Origin: Candidatus Bathyarchaeum sp.
GTDB lineage: Archaea; Thermoproteota; Bathyarchaeia; Bathyarchaeales; Bathyarchaeaceae
Length of the DNA: 18,402 nucleotides
NCBI GenBank assembly: GCA_026014495.1
Contig: JAOZIF010000100.1
Coordinates: 1-18,402 of the forward strand
Direction of reading: 5' to 3'
Below, piece by piece: positions 1 through 8,321 of this stretch (positions within the stretch are counted from its first letter, which is position 1; the number at the start of each line of letters is the position of its first letter). The notes under the pieces were generated by a model, which was not told the origin of the DNA, did not search any database, and worked only from the letters and a program-made list of their open reading frames with translations. A program made the position numbers and the translations under genes.

Positions 1-1102
1 TACCTGCTGGAAAAACAGCCCTTATTGAGTCATATGCGTCGTATTCGTCTTTTAGGTCGCCGACAACTCGCGAAACGATGTGCTGCACATGGCTGTATTG
101 GTGGACTTTCATGAATTCTGGGAGGTGAACGCTCCCATACTTGGAAACTTTTCCAATGTCATTTCTGCCCAGATCCACTAGCATCACATGCTCGGCACGT
201 TCCTTGGGGTCTGCTAGCAGCTCTTCGGTTAGCCGCTTGTTTTCTGTGGGGTCTTTTACATGGGGTCTTGTTCCTGCTATAGGAAACGTTTCAACTTTCC
301 TATTTTCGACCCTTACAAGCATTTCAGGGCTTGAGCCAACTATTTGGTGTTCGCCAGATTTTAGGAAGTACATATATGGTGATGGGTTTATTTTTCTGAG
401 GTTGCGATAAAAACCAATCAGGTTGCCTGTGATTCGAAAATCGTAGCGTTTGGATAAAACAACCTGAAAAATGTCGCCAGCAGTTACATACTCTTTGGCT
501 TTCTCTACTGCTTTTTCAAACCGCTCTTTAGATGTGTTGACTTTAAGTTGCTTATGGGATAACACGTCGTTATTGTCTGTTTCTTTTAGTCTTTTGTTGA
601 TTTCATCCAGCCTGTTTTCATTCAAATAATAATAAAATGCCTGCCTGTTTTTGTGGTCATAGATGATTCCATCATCAAAAATTCCAACTTTGACATCAGG
701 AAATTGTTGGCCGTCACGCGCCTTTTCTGGCAGTTTTTCCCAATACCTCACTGCGTCGTAACCGACATATCCCACAGCCCCTCCTACAAATCTTTGTTCC
801 TTAAATCCAATTCTGTTTCTGAGTGTTTTTGCGATTACCTCTAATGGGTCGTTAACTTTTTCTGTTTGTTTTTCGTCGGTTCTTTTGTTGTGTGTACTCG
901 CTTCTTGGTTTTTTATTGTGATTGTTAATTCTGGGTTGAAGCCTATGAATGAGTATTGTGAAAGTTTCTTTGGGCCTTCAATTGACTCGAGGATATACGC
1001 GTTTTCGTATTGGTTATAGAGTTTTGAAAAGATTTCCAGAGGCGAATTGTTGAAGGGGATTTTTTTAATTTTTAGTTGACGCGTAAGTTGCGTCTTTGGC
1101 AT
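1..1102 (-). CDS. trpE: Anthranilate synthase component I (chorismate-binding enzyme), 5' part; runs off the window's left edge
   Basis: Absent from the ORF track because it is truncated; hand-translated from ATG at 1102: MPKTQLTRQLKIKK...AYILESIEG...YSFIG...FVGGAVGYVGYD...GDIFQVVLS...INPSPYMYF...GSSPE...PIAGTR...KERAEHVMLVDLGRND...YSHVQHIVS...VFPAG, open to base 2. NPSPYM fits the Trp feedback site of TrpE; PabB cannot be fully excluded. Confidence 0.88.
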   Translation of the reverse strand, partial: MPKTQLTRQLKIKKIPFNNSPLEIFSKLYNQYENAYILESIEGPKKLSQYSFIGFNPELTITIKNQEASTHNKRTDEKQTEKVNDPLEVIAKTLRNRIGFKEQRFVGGAVGYVGYDAVRYWEKLPEKARDGQQFPDVKVGIFDDGIIYDHKNRQAFYYYLNENRLDEINKRLKETDNNDVLSHKQLKVNTSKERFEKAVEKAKEYVTAGDIFQVVLSKRYDFRITGNLIGFYRNLRKINPSPYMYFLKSGEHQIVGSSPEMLVRVENRKVETFPIAGTRPHVKDPTENKRLTEELLADPKERAEHVMLVDLGRNDIGKVSKYGSVHLPEFMKVHQYSHVQHIVSRVVGDLKDEYDAYDSIRAVFPAG

Positions 1103-1136
1103 GTTGGCTTTGTGGTTGCCAAAAATTATCCCTCAT
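1065..1136 (-). other. Candidate 23-codon leader ORF (MRDNFWQPQSQHAKDATYASTKN*) overlapping the trpE start out of frame
   Basis: ATG at 1136 with AGGAG (1150-1146) 9 nt upstream; single Trp codon at position 6; stop TAA at 1067-1065. No comparable SD directly upstream of the trpE ATG. Confidence 0.35.
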
Positions 1137-1346
1137 TTTTCAGCTCTCCTAAGGAGCATTGATAGACCATAATGTGATATTTAAGTCTTCTTAGTATAAA
1201 TATGTACGCTAAAATGTGCTTTAATGCTGTGCTTGCTGTTTAACAAACGCGTACACAATTACAGCCTTCAAAAAAACAATTAACCAACCCAAATTAGATA
1301 CGTAACTTTAATTAACTTCTCATTAATTTGTATGGATTGACACATC

Positions 1347-1523
1347 ATGAGCGTCAAAAGGAAAAAACAGCGAGACGGAGCACGTATGCCCGCTCAAGGC
1401 GCTGGGCTCCTACGATTCTTTGAAGAGGACACTAGAGGCGTCAAAGTTAGACCTGAATTAGCTGTAATATTAGCAGTCGCCCTTATCGCTGGCAGCATCT
1501 TGGCGACCGTCTTTTTCACATAA
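1347..1523 (+). CDS. secG: Preprotein translocase subunit Sec61beta (58 aa)
   Basis: Below the ORF-track cutoff; hand translation MSVKRKKQRDGARMPAQGAGLLRFFEEDTRGVKVRPELAVILAVALIAGSILATVFFT has the archaeal Sec61beta pattern (P-x-x-G-A-G-L-L-R-F-F-E-E-D, K-V-x-P, C-terminal TM helix). Confidence 0.9.
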   Translation: MSVKRKKQRDGARMPAQGAGLLRFFEEDTRGVKVRPELAVILAVALIAGSILATVFFT

Positions 1524-1527
1524 CTTA

Positions 1528-1809
1528 CTACTTTTCGTGCAGAACTTCGATGCGCTGAACTGCGCTTAAGTTAACGAAAACCTCACTTCTGTCTTCTCTG
1601 CTTACAATCTGTGGTACAGGTTGGGCTATCGTCGACCGCAATGTTACAACTTCGGCGTCAGAAAGCCAGATTCCAGGAGGTTCTCTTGTTACAGCGGCTA
1701 ACGTTCCCTCAAACCCATAGGATGGGTCCAAAATTGCAATCATCTTCCGTCCAACATGCCGTTCAAGAATCTGAAACACTGAAGGAGGAGGGGGTCCGGC
1801 TTTTGACAT
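1528..1809 (-). CDS. Small Sm/LSm-like fold protein, divergent (93 aa)
   Basis: Sm1-like segment (helix, VGRKMIAILD, FEGTL, IWLSDAE) and Sm2-like segment (EVFVNLSAVQRIE). The ORF fills the gap between secG and the next intergenic region. Confidence 0.6.
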   Translation of the reverse strand: MSKAGPPPPSVFQILERHVGRKMIAILDPSYGFEGTLAAVTREPPGIWLSDAEVVTLRSTIAQPVPQIVSREDRSEVFVNLSAVQRIEVLHEK

Positions 1810-2087
1810 AGCCCTTCAATTTACTTAGACTTCGCCATAAAAGCTTTTACACCCCAAAATTATGATTTTAAACATACTTTTTGGCGGTTTACCTTTGTTG
1901 ATGGTGTACATTTTGTCAATCTTTTTTCATAAAAGCGTCAACAGATGTTTCATAATATAATCCCATTTATGTAAAAATGGTTTCTATATCTCTTTTTCAC
2001 GGCACATTTAAGTAGCTCTAAACGGGGAGAAATATAACATTAATATTTTTGTGGGTTTTTCTAGAAGGATTAAACAGAGGCGTCATA

Positions 2088-3911
2088 TTGACCGACGATT
2101 CAACAGACAAATACATCGACAAGGTAGTGAAGCGCTATTCTAAGCTGTTTGGGATTCCTTCCCAACGCAAACTCCTAGTCTACTTTGGAGTTCTTGCTTT
2201 ACACGGCGCAATACTGTCAATACTATCCTTGAATTTGTCTATAGACAACTTTGTTGCTGGCTTATGGTTTGGCGCGGTCTTCTTTTTGTTCACTTTGTTT
2301 TCAGACTTTGTTGTCAGCTACACTGTAATGAGACCTGACCTTATCTTTAATTTTAGGCGCTGTTTCGGTCTTTCTTTTTTCTCTTCACTTCTCTGGTTTG
2401 GAGTGCTTCTTCTGGGTGCCTTACTCACTGCTGTTCTTGGGGCTCCACACCTTTGGATACGCTTCTTCTTTTTGGGCTTTAGTGCCGCCTTGATACTTCG
2501 ACTCCTCGTTTTGTCTGTCACATCCTTTGCTGGGTTTGGCGGAGTCCTTTTTTCTTCCCTCCTGCAGCCTATCCTGATTTTGATTCCCATCATTTTCATG
2601 GGACCTACAGTTGGAGTTACTTCACAAGTGCAGCTTCTAGTGTTAGCTTCAGTTTCCGTTCTTGCCGCTCTTGTAACTGTGTCTATTTTCAAATATTTCA
2701 TGGACCGCGTAGGTACAGGAAGCCTTGGTATCGCTTCATCTGTTCTGTTCAAAGCCTTTTTAGCCAACTGGGCAGAGAACCTTGTTGCTCCCTTGGAAAC
2801 TTTCTTTGAACAACTTGGTAACCTGCAGGACATCAACGTTTCCTTGTTAACTTTCAAGGCTAACGAAAAACTGAAGGCTGCAGTTGTTGTTCCAGCCCTT
2901 CATCCGGGACCGTTCAAAAATCTTGGAAGTAGCCTACTTCCTTCTTTGATTCAAACAGCAATTCAAGACAAGTTTGGTTGCGTTGTTTGTGTTCCTCACG
3001 GCTTAGTAGGTCACGAATTAGATGTTGCATCACAATCTCAAAACCAAAGAGTTGTAGAGAGCATCGTTGGTTTTGTTGGTTTGACAGAAGGCAACCTTAA
3101 AGCTACCCAGATGGTGCGAACTGAAAGTGGGGACGCAAAAGCTAGTTGCCAAATATTTGGCGATTGTGTTCTTCTAACGTTAACTACTGCACCAAAAACT
3201 ATGGAAGACCTTCCGCCTGAACTGAATTCCTTTATTGTTTGCGAAGCTGGAAAACTGGGGCTTTCTGCTCTTGCGATTGATGCTCATAACAGTATGGATG
3301 ATCAATTTGATTTGGATGCTGCTGTGAATTCTTTCACTCAGGCTTCTGTGGCTTGCCTTGGAAAAGCTGTGAAAAGCAAGGCTTCATCTTTTAAGGTGGG
3401 TGCAGCGACGGTTGTGCCTCAAGATTTCACTGTTAGGGACGGTATGGGTTCTGGAGGCATAAGCGTTATTGTGTCCGAAGTTGATGGGCATAAGGCGGCT
3501 TACGTGACTATCGACGGAAACAACATGGTGTCTGGTTTAAGAGAAAAAATTCTTTCAGCAATAAAGGAGCTTGGAATAGATGATGGCGAGGTTCTCACAA
3601 CTGACACTCATTCAGTGTGCGGCATGATACGTAGCGCTCGAGGCTACAATCTGGTGGGTGAAGCAATAGACCACCAAAAACTCATCGACTACATCAAACA
3701 GGTAACCGTTCGCGCTTTAGGTGACCTTGAGCCTGCAACCGTGTCGTGGCACACCGATGTAATATCTGATGTTAAAGTAATTGGAGAAAAACAGATAAAC
3801 GAACTAACCGTGCTGGCTGACAAAACAACAGAATGCGTTAAACGTGTTGCTGCAGTCCTTTTTCCCTCAGTTGCTGTCTGTTTGACTTTGCTTTTGCTTT
3901 TTTTACTATAG
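2088..3911 (+). CDS. DUF2070-type membrane protein (multi-TM N-terminal half; soluble C-terminal domain resembling the neutral ceramidase superfamily)
   Basis: About six hydrophobic helices, then HPGPFKNLGSS, PHG, DAHN, IDGNNM and TTDTH motifs typical of archaeal DUF2070 proteins. Start moved to TTG 2088 (GAGG at 2077-2080); the ORF track opens at 2049. Confidence 0.8.
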   Translation: MTDDSTDKYIDKVVKRYSKLFGIPSQRKLLVYFGVLALHGAILSILSLNLSIDNFVAGLWFGAVFFLFTLFSDFVVSYTVMRPDLIFNFRRCFGLSFFSSLLWFGVLLLGALLTAVLGAPHLWIRFFFLGFSAALILRLLVLSVTSFAGFGGVLFSSLLQPILILIPIIFMGPTVGVTSQVQLLVLASVSVLAALVTVSIFKYFMDRVGTGSLGIASSVLFKAFLANWAENLVAPLETFFEQLGNLQDINVSLLTFKANEKLKAAVVVPALHPGPFKNLGSSLLPSLIQTAIQDKFGCVVCVPHGLVGHELDVASQSQNQRVVESIVGFVGLTEGNLKATQMVRTESGDAKASCQIFGDCVLLTLTTAPKTMEDLPPELNSFIVCEAGKLGLSALAIDAHNSMDDQFDLDAAVNSFTQASVACLGKAVKSKASSFKVGAATVVPQDFTVRDGMGSGGISVIVSEVDGHKAAYVTIDGNNMVSGLREKILSAIKELGIDDGEVLTTDTHSVCGMIRSARGYNLVGEAIDHQKLIDYIKQVTVRALGDLEPATVSWHTDVISDVKVIGEKQINELTVLADKTTECVKRVAAVLFPSVAVCLTLLLLFLL

Positions 3912-3971
3912 TTGCCTAATTTCCGAAAACTTATTCTTATCTGGTTTTCCTTCTTACTGTGAGGGGTTATT

Positions 3972-4451
3972 TTGAGTTCAAACGATGAGCTAGTTGCTCT
4001 TTTCAAAAATCAAATAAAAACCGAAAAAATTATTGTTGATTCGGTGGCTGAGAGTTTATCTGAACTGAAGAATCCAGCAGTTAAAGGCGTTTTGAGGGGC
4101 ATTTCTTTAGATTCCACAAAGCACGCGGAAATGTATTCGTCTGCCATTAGCTTGCTTACCAGTGTTCCTCAAGCTTTGACAGAAGAGAATCTTGACAAGC
4201 AAAGAGAACTTGTAGAAAAGCACATACAGCTAGAGAACGAGGTAATCAGTAAACTCCGTGACGTGCTTCCTTTTGTTCAAAACGAGAAAGTTAAGCTTCT
4301 TTTAACTGCAATCTTGTCCGATGAGGTTAGGCACCATTCACTATTGAAGAAGGTATTAGATATTATTGTTAGAGGCGAAACAATAACAGAAGCTGACTGG
4401 TGGGACATAATGTGGGAAAATGTTCCATTCCACGGCACTCCAGGCGGATAA
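3972..4451 (+). CDS. Ferritin-like/rubrerythrin-like four-helix bundle protein (159 aa)
   Basis: Two-fold internal repeat of helix pairs with E18...D47-S-x-x-H51 and E88...D117-E-x-x-H121-H; GAGGGG SD upstream of the TTG. Confidence 0.72.
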   Translation: MSSNDELVALFKNQIKTEKIIVDSVAESLSELKNPAVKGVLRGISLDSTKHAEMYSSAISLLTSVPQALTEENLDKQRELVEKHIQLENEVISKLRDVLPFVQNEKVKLLLTAILSDEVRHHSLLKKVLDIIVRGETITEADWWDIMWENVPFHGTPGG

Positions 4452-4463
4452 AAACCTAGTAAA

Positions 4464-4514
4464 CTATTTTTTTTAAAAAATAGACTGTAAAGGCGAGTAA
4501 AAATCGCCTTTTTT
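4464..4514. terminator. Probable bidirectional terminator between the convergent ferritin-like gene and porB
   Basis: Two stem-loops, CTATTTTTT-tt-AAAAAATAG (4464-4483) and AAAGGCGA-gtaaaaa-TCGCCTTT (4489-4511), with T and A tracts on both strands. Confidence 0.6.
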
Positions 4515-4520
4515 AACCTT

Positions 4521-5492
4521 TTATGCTATTTCGCATGCTTTGAGCAGTTTTTTCCAGCGGCGGTCAACTTCGCTTTGGATTTCTTCTAGAACATGCTTGT
4601 TTTCTGGCTTGAACAAGTGCCTGAATCGTCGTTGCGTCTTCAGATACGCTTCTACTGGCTTCTTTCTCTCTGGCTTTAGTGCTATTGCTTTGCTTGGTGC
4701 TGATAGCTTGTATTCTCCGTATTCTGCTTCCCAAAGTGGGAAGACACATGTTTCGGTTGCTAGTCGGGCTATTTCAACGGTTTTTTCGTTTTCGCTTCTC
4801 CATCCTCTTGGGCAAGGAGCAAAAGCGTGCAGGAATGCTGGCCCGTTTACTTCCATTCCTTTTCTGGCTTTTATTACTAGGTCTTTCCAGTATGCAATGT
4901 TTGCTGTTGCGACGTATGGCATTTCATGGGCGACCATTATATCTGCGATTGGTTTTTTGTGTTCAGCTTTTCCTGGGATTACTTTTCCTGCTGGAGACGT
5001 TGTTGTCCATGCTCCGCGTGGTGTTCCTCCGCTTCTTTGTATTCCTGTGTTCATGTAAGCTTCGTTGTCATAGAGCACGTAGAGAAAATCGTGTCCCCTT
5101 TCAACTGCTCCTGAGAGTGCTTGGAAACCTATGTCGAACGTTCCGCCGTCTCCCGCGAAGGCGACAACGTCGACGTGTTCGTCTTTTATTTTGCCTTTCT
5201 TTCTTAGGATTTTTAGTGCAGACTCTATTCCTGAAGCGTTTGCTGCTGCTGTTTCAAAGGCGGTGTGCATCCATGGTATCTTCCATGATGTGTATGGGTA
5301 AATTGTTGAAACTACTTCCATGCAGCCTGTGGCGTTTGTGGCTATGATTGGTCCTCTTGCTGCTTTCATTACTAACCGAAGAACTATTGCTGGACCGCAT
5401 CCTGCGCAGGCTCTGTGTCCAGATGCAAACTTTTCAGGTATTTGAGCGAATTCTTTACTTGTAAATTTCCATTCTGACAACTTTTTCACCAT
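4521..5492 (-). CDS. porB: Pyruvate/2-ketoisovalerate:ferredoxin oxidoreductase, beta subunit
   Basis: GHRACAGCG, NATGCMEV, TPP-binding GDGGTFDIG...DNEAYMNTGIQRS and PCPRGW motifs. Confidence 0.93.
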   Translation of the reverse strand: MVKKLSEWKFTSKEFAQIPEKFASGHRACAGCGPAIVLRLVMKAARGPIIATNATGCMEVVSTIYPYTSWKIPWMHTAFETAAANASGIESALKILRKKGKIKDEHVDVVAFAGDGGTFDIGFQALSGAVERGHDFLYVLYDNEAYMNTGIQRSGGTPRGAWTTTSPAGKVIPGKAEHKKPIADIMVAHEMPYVATANIAYWKDLVIKARKGMEVNGPAFLHAFAPCPRGWRSENEKTVEIARLATETCVFPLWEAEYGEYKLSAPSKAIALKPERKKPVEAYLKTQRRFRHLFKPENKHVLEEIQSEVDRRWKKLLKACEIA

Positions 5493-5494
5493 TC

Positions 5495-6724
5495 CTATTC
5501 CCGTAAACCAATAAACTGAACAGTTTCTTCAACTTGTCCTGTTTGTGCTATCTTTTGTAGTTCATTGTAGATTGTTTCTATCATGTGTGGCTGCATGTCT
5601 CTGCCTCCCAAACCATAAACGTAGTTCACCAGCTTTGGCCTGTTTGGCACATCGTAGACTGCATGGCGTATTTCATGAAATAGCGGTCCTCCATTTCCAC
5701 CAAAACTGCATGCACGATCCATCACCGCAACTGCCTTTTTGCCTGCAAGGTTGCTGATGATATCTTTGACTGGTAATGGTCGAAATGCTCTTATTCTAAG
5801 TAGTCCCGCTTTGATTCCTTTTTCGCGCAGTTCATCCACCACAGTTTTTACTGTGCCTGCTGTTGAGCCCATACATACTGTGACTATTTCTGCGTCGTCG
5901 AGCCTGTATGCTTCAACTAAGCCGTTTCCGTAGGTGCGTCCGCTCTGTTTTGAATACTCGTCGTGAACTTTCTTGATTACGTCAAGTGCTTTTATCATCG
6001 ATTCTTCTTGCTGTCTTTTGTGTTCAAAGTAGTAGTCGTGAAGGTCTAAGGGTCCAATTGTCAAGGGCTTTGCTGGGTCAAGCTTGAAAGGAACAAGTTC
6101 TCCTTCATGATTCATTACTTGTGGAACTTGACGTTCTCCAACAAACTTTTTCACAGCATCATCTGGAAGAATGCTCACGTTTTCTAGGGTGTGGCTTAAA
6201 ACGAATCCGTCCAACCCAACCATGGTAGGAAGCATTACATCCAAGTTTTCAGCTATCTTGAATGCCTGAATTATCGAGTCATAGGCTTCTTGGCTATTTT
6301 CTGCATAGATTTGTATCCAGCCAATGTCTCTTTCACACATGGCATCTGAGTGGTCGCAGTGAATGTTGATTGGTGCAGATAATGCCCTGTTCACAACTGA
6401 CATAACAACAGGTGTTCTGCAGCCAGAAGCAACACCCAACATTTCATGCATCAAAGCTAAACCTGCTGATGCTGTTGCCGTGAATGTTCGGGCGCCTGTT
6501 GCAGATGCTGTTATGCTGCATGTCATGGCTGTGTGTTCTGATTCTACACAAACAAATGCGGTGTCTACTTCGCCGTCTGCGACATACTCGCTGAATTTTT
6601 CAACAATTATTGTTTGTGGCGTGATTGGATATGCAGCAACAACGTCAACATCACATTGTTTGACTGCATAGGCGACTGCATTGTCTCCGTTTAGAGGCAC
6701 AATTTTTTGTTCAACTTTAGCCAT
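5495..6724 (-). CDS. porA: Pyruvate/2-ketoisovalerate:ferredoxin oxidoreductase, alpha subunit
   Basis: GDNAVAYA...AAYPITPQT, VESEH, TATASAGL, VNRALSAPINIHCDHSD and YGLGGRD motifs. Confidence 0.93.
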   Translation of the reverse strand: MAKVEQKIVPLNGDNAVAYAVKQCDVDVVAAYPITPQTIIVEKFSEYVADGEVDTAFVCVESEHTAMTCSITASATGARTFTATASAGLALMHEMLGVASGCRTPVVMSVVNRALSAPINIHCDHSDAMCERDIGWIQIYAENSQEAYDSIIQAFKIAENLDVMLPTMVGLDGFVLSHTLENVSILPDDAVKKFVGERQVPQVMNHEGELVPFKLDPAKPLTIGPLDLHDYYFEHKRQQEESMIKALDVIKKVHDEYSKQSGRTYGNGLVEAYRLDDAEIVTVCMGSTAGTVKTVVDELREKGIKAGLLRIRAFRPLPVKDIISNLAGKKAVAVMDRACSFGGNGGPLFHEIRHAVYDVPNRPKLVNYVYGLGGRDMQPHMIETIYNELQKIAQTGQVEETVQFIGLRE

Positions 6725-6731
6725 TTTGTCA

Positions 6732-7019
6732 CTACTCCTTTCCTTCCAGAACCATTTCTATTGCCGTTGCAGGGCATTCGTTGGCGCATATTCCACAGCC
6801 CTTGCAAAAGTCATAATCAAAAACCATGTCGTTTGTTTCTGGCTCATATTTTATTGCGCCTTCTGGGCAGTAAATGTGGCAGAACATGCATCGGGTGCAC
6901 TTTTCGCTGTTCCAGATTGGCTTGTATGAGCGCCAATCACCAGTTTTATATTCTGTGCTAGATTTCCAGCATGCACCACCAAGAGGAATTTCTTTCCAGT
7001 TTTTTGGTTGTGGGCTCAT
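6732..7019 (-). CDS. porD: 2-oxoacid:ferredoxin oxidoreductase, delta subunit (2x[4Fe-4S])
   Basis: TGDWRSYKP plus CTRCMFCHIYCP and CKGCGICANECP; 4-nt overlap with porG. Confidence 0.93.
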   Translation of the reverse strand: MSPQPKNWKEIPLGGACWKSSTEYKTGDWRSYKPIWNSEKCTRCMFCHIYCPEGAIKYEPETNDMVFDYDFCKGCGICANECPATAIEMVLEGKE

Positions 7020-7573
7020 TCAGGGTTTGCCTCCTTGTATGCTTCTTTTATTACTCCCATGTTCTTTTCTGCAAGCGGTTCTGGGAAGCGGTCTTTCACA
7101 GCTTTTTTAATGCTTTCCATTTCAACTATCTCTGTTGCACGGGCGACTACTCCAAGCATAGCCGTGTTAGTTATTGCCCTTCCCAAAATTCTCATGGCTA
7201 GCTCCGTAGCGGAAACTGTCCAAACCGTTCCTTTGGTCATTTTTAGTTCTTCTTTGAGTGTTTTTGGTTCTTTTGGGGTATTTACTATGAGAATTCCATT
7301 TTCTCCTAAACCTTTTGTGACAGGAACAGTTGCCAAAAGAGTTGGATCCATAACTATTGCAAGGTTTGGGTTGTAAACTGCACAATGAAGCCTTATTGGT
7401 TCGTCGCTGATTCGTGTATAAGCTTTTACTGGTGCTCCCATCCTTTCAGGACCGAACTCTGGAAAAGATTGGATGTATTTTCCTTCATGTATTGCAGCCC
7501 GCGCCAACAGCTCGCTTGCTGTCCATGCTCCTTGGCCACCGCGTCCATGCCATCTAAATTCTTTGAGGACCAC
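7016..7573 (-). CDS. porG: 2-oxoacid:ferredoxin oxidoreductase, gamma subunit
   Basis: EFRWHGRGGQG, QSFPEFGPERMGAPV, NTAMLG. Start placed at GTG 7573 after a GGAGG SD; the ORF track opens at 7594. Confidence 0.92.
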   Translation of the reverse strand: MVLKEFRWHGRGGQGAWTASELLARAAIHEGKYIQSFPEFGPERMGAPVKAYTRISDEPIRLHCAVYNPNLAIVMDPTLLATVPVTKGLGENGILIVNTPKEPKTLKEELKMTKGTVWTVSATELAMRILGRAITNTAMLGVVARATEIVEMESIKKAVKDRFPEPLAEKNMGVIKEAYKEANPE

Positions 7574-7869
7574 TAAACTTCCTCCAAACAGCATCTCACG
7601 TAACTAATTTAAATTACGACATACAAGCTACCGCCATTTTTAAGTATTTAGGGAAAAATGTTCTAGATTTCTTTTTTCTGCTCATATTTCCGTTACGTTC
7701 TAACTAAAAGTTCGAAAACGTCATTTATGTTTCAAAAAAATTAAGCTTTGCGGACACTCGCTTTTATGCCTAGATTAAGTAACTTTGTGCAAAAATATAA
7801 GAGCATATATCCACAAATCTAAACTTTAATCCATGACGCTGCTGCTTGTTAATTGATGAGGAATGATCT

Positions 7870-8208
7870 TTGGCAAATAACGGAGCGAAAACTGAAGAGG
7901 ATACAACCAAAACAGACAAGGTTGTTCTTATCGGCAAAAAACCTGTAATGAACTATGTGACTGCTTGTATAACCTTTTTCAACAGTGGCGAAAAACAAGT
8001 TGTTGTTAAGGCAAGAGGACGAGCAATCACCAGAGCTGTTGATACTGTCGAATTGCTCCGTCGCGCCTTTATCAAAAACTTGGAGATAAAGTCTATCGAA
8101 ATAAACACTGAAGAACTCTTCAGAGTTGAGGGCCAACAATCAAACGTCTCAACAATCGAAATAACAGTCGCTAAAGCAAACTCAAAACCGCCTCAAGAAG
8201 AGAATTAA
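7870..8208 (+). CDS. albA: Chromatin protein Alba
   Basis: VLIGKKPVMNYV...VVVKARGRAITRAVDTVE...VSTIEI; GAGGA SD before the TTG. Confidence 0.93.
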   Translation: MANNGAKTEEDTTKTDKVVLIGKKPVMNYVTACITFFNSGEKQVVVKARGRAITRAVDTVELLRRAFIKNLEIKSIEINTEELFRVEGQQSNVSTIEITVAKANSKPPQEEN

Positions 8209-8321
8209 AGTTACCTAACTGCCTTCTCTTGTGTGCAAAAGTTTTCTTGCTTGATTCTTAAAAGCGCCTCAGATATCTATAAAAGTACTGCGATTTAATG
8301 GATTGTTGTTGGTGAACTGGA

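Noticed and set aside
141-844. Plus-strand ORFs 141-410 and 653-844
   Set aside because: Antisense shadows of trpE with no recognisable motifs.
1133-1170. Additional tiny minus-strand ORFs MLLRRAEK* (1159-1133) and MVYQCSLGELKNEG* (1170-1126)
   Set aside because: No Trp codon and no SD; expected by chance. Relevant only if TSS mapping shows leaderless initiation there.
4395-4451. Ferritin-like C-terminal tail as an encapsulin cargo-loading peptide
   Set aside because: It does not match the usual G-S-L-x-I-G-S-L-type signal, and no encapsulin gene is in the window.
2318-7576. Overlapping alternative-frame or antisense ORFs in the DUF2070 and por genes (e.g. 2318-2857, 4540-5058, 4679-5347, 7008-7376)
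   Set aside because: They lie within well-supported genes and reflect compositional bias; no independent motifs.
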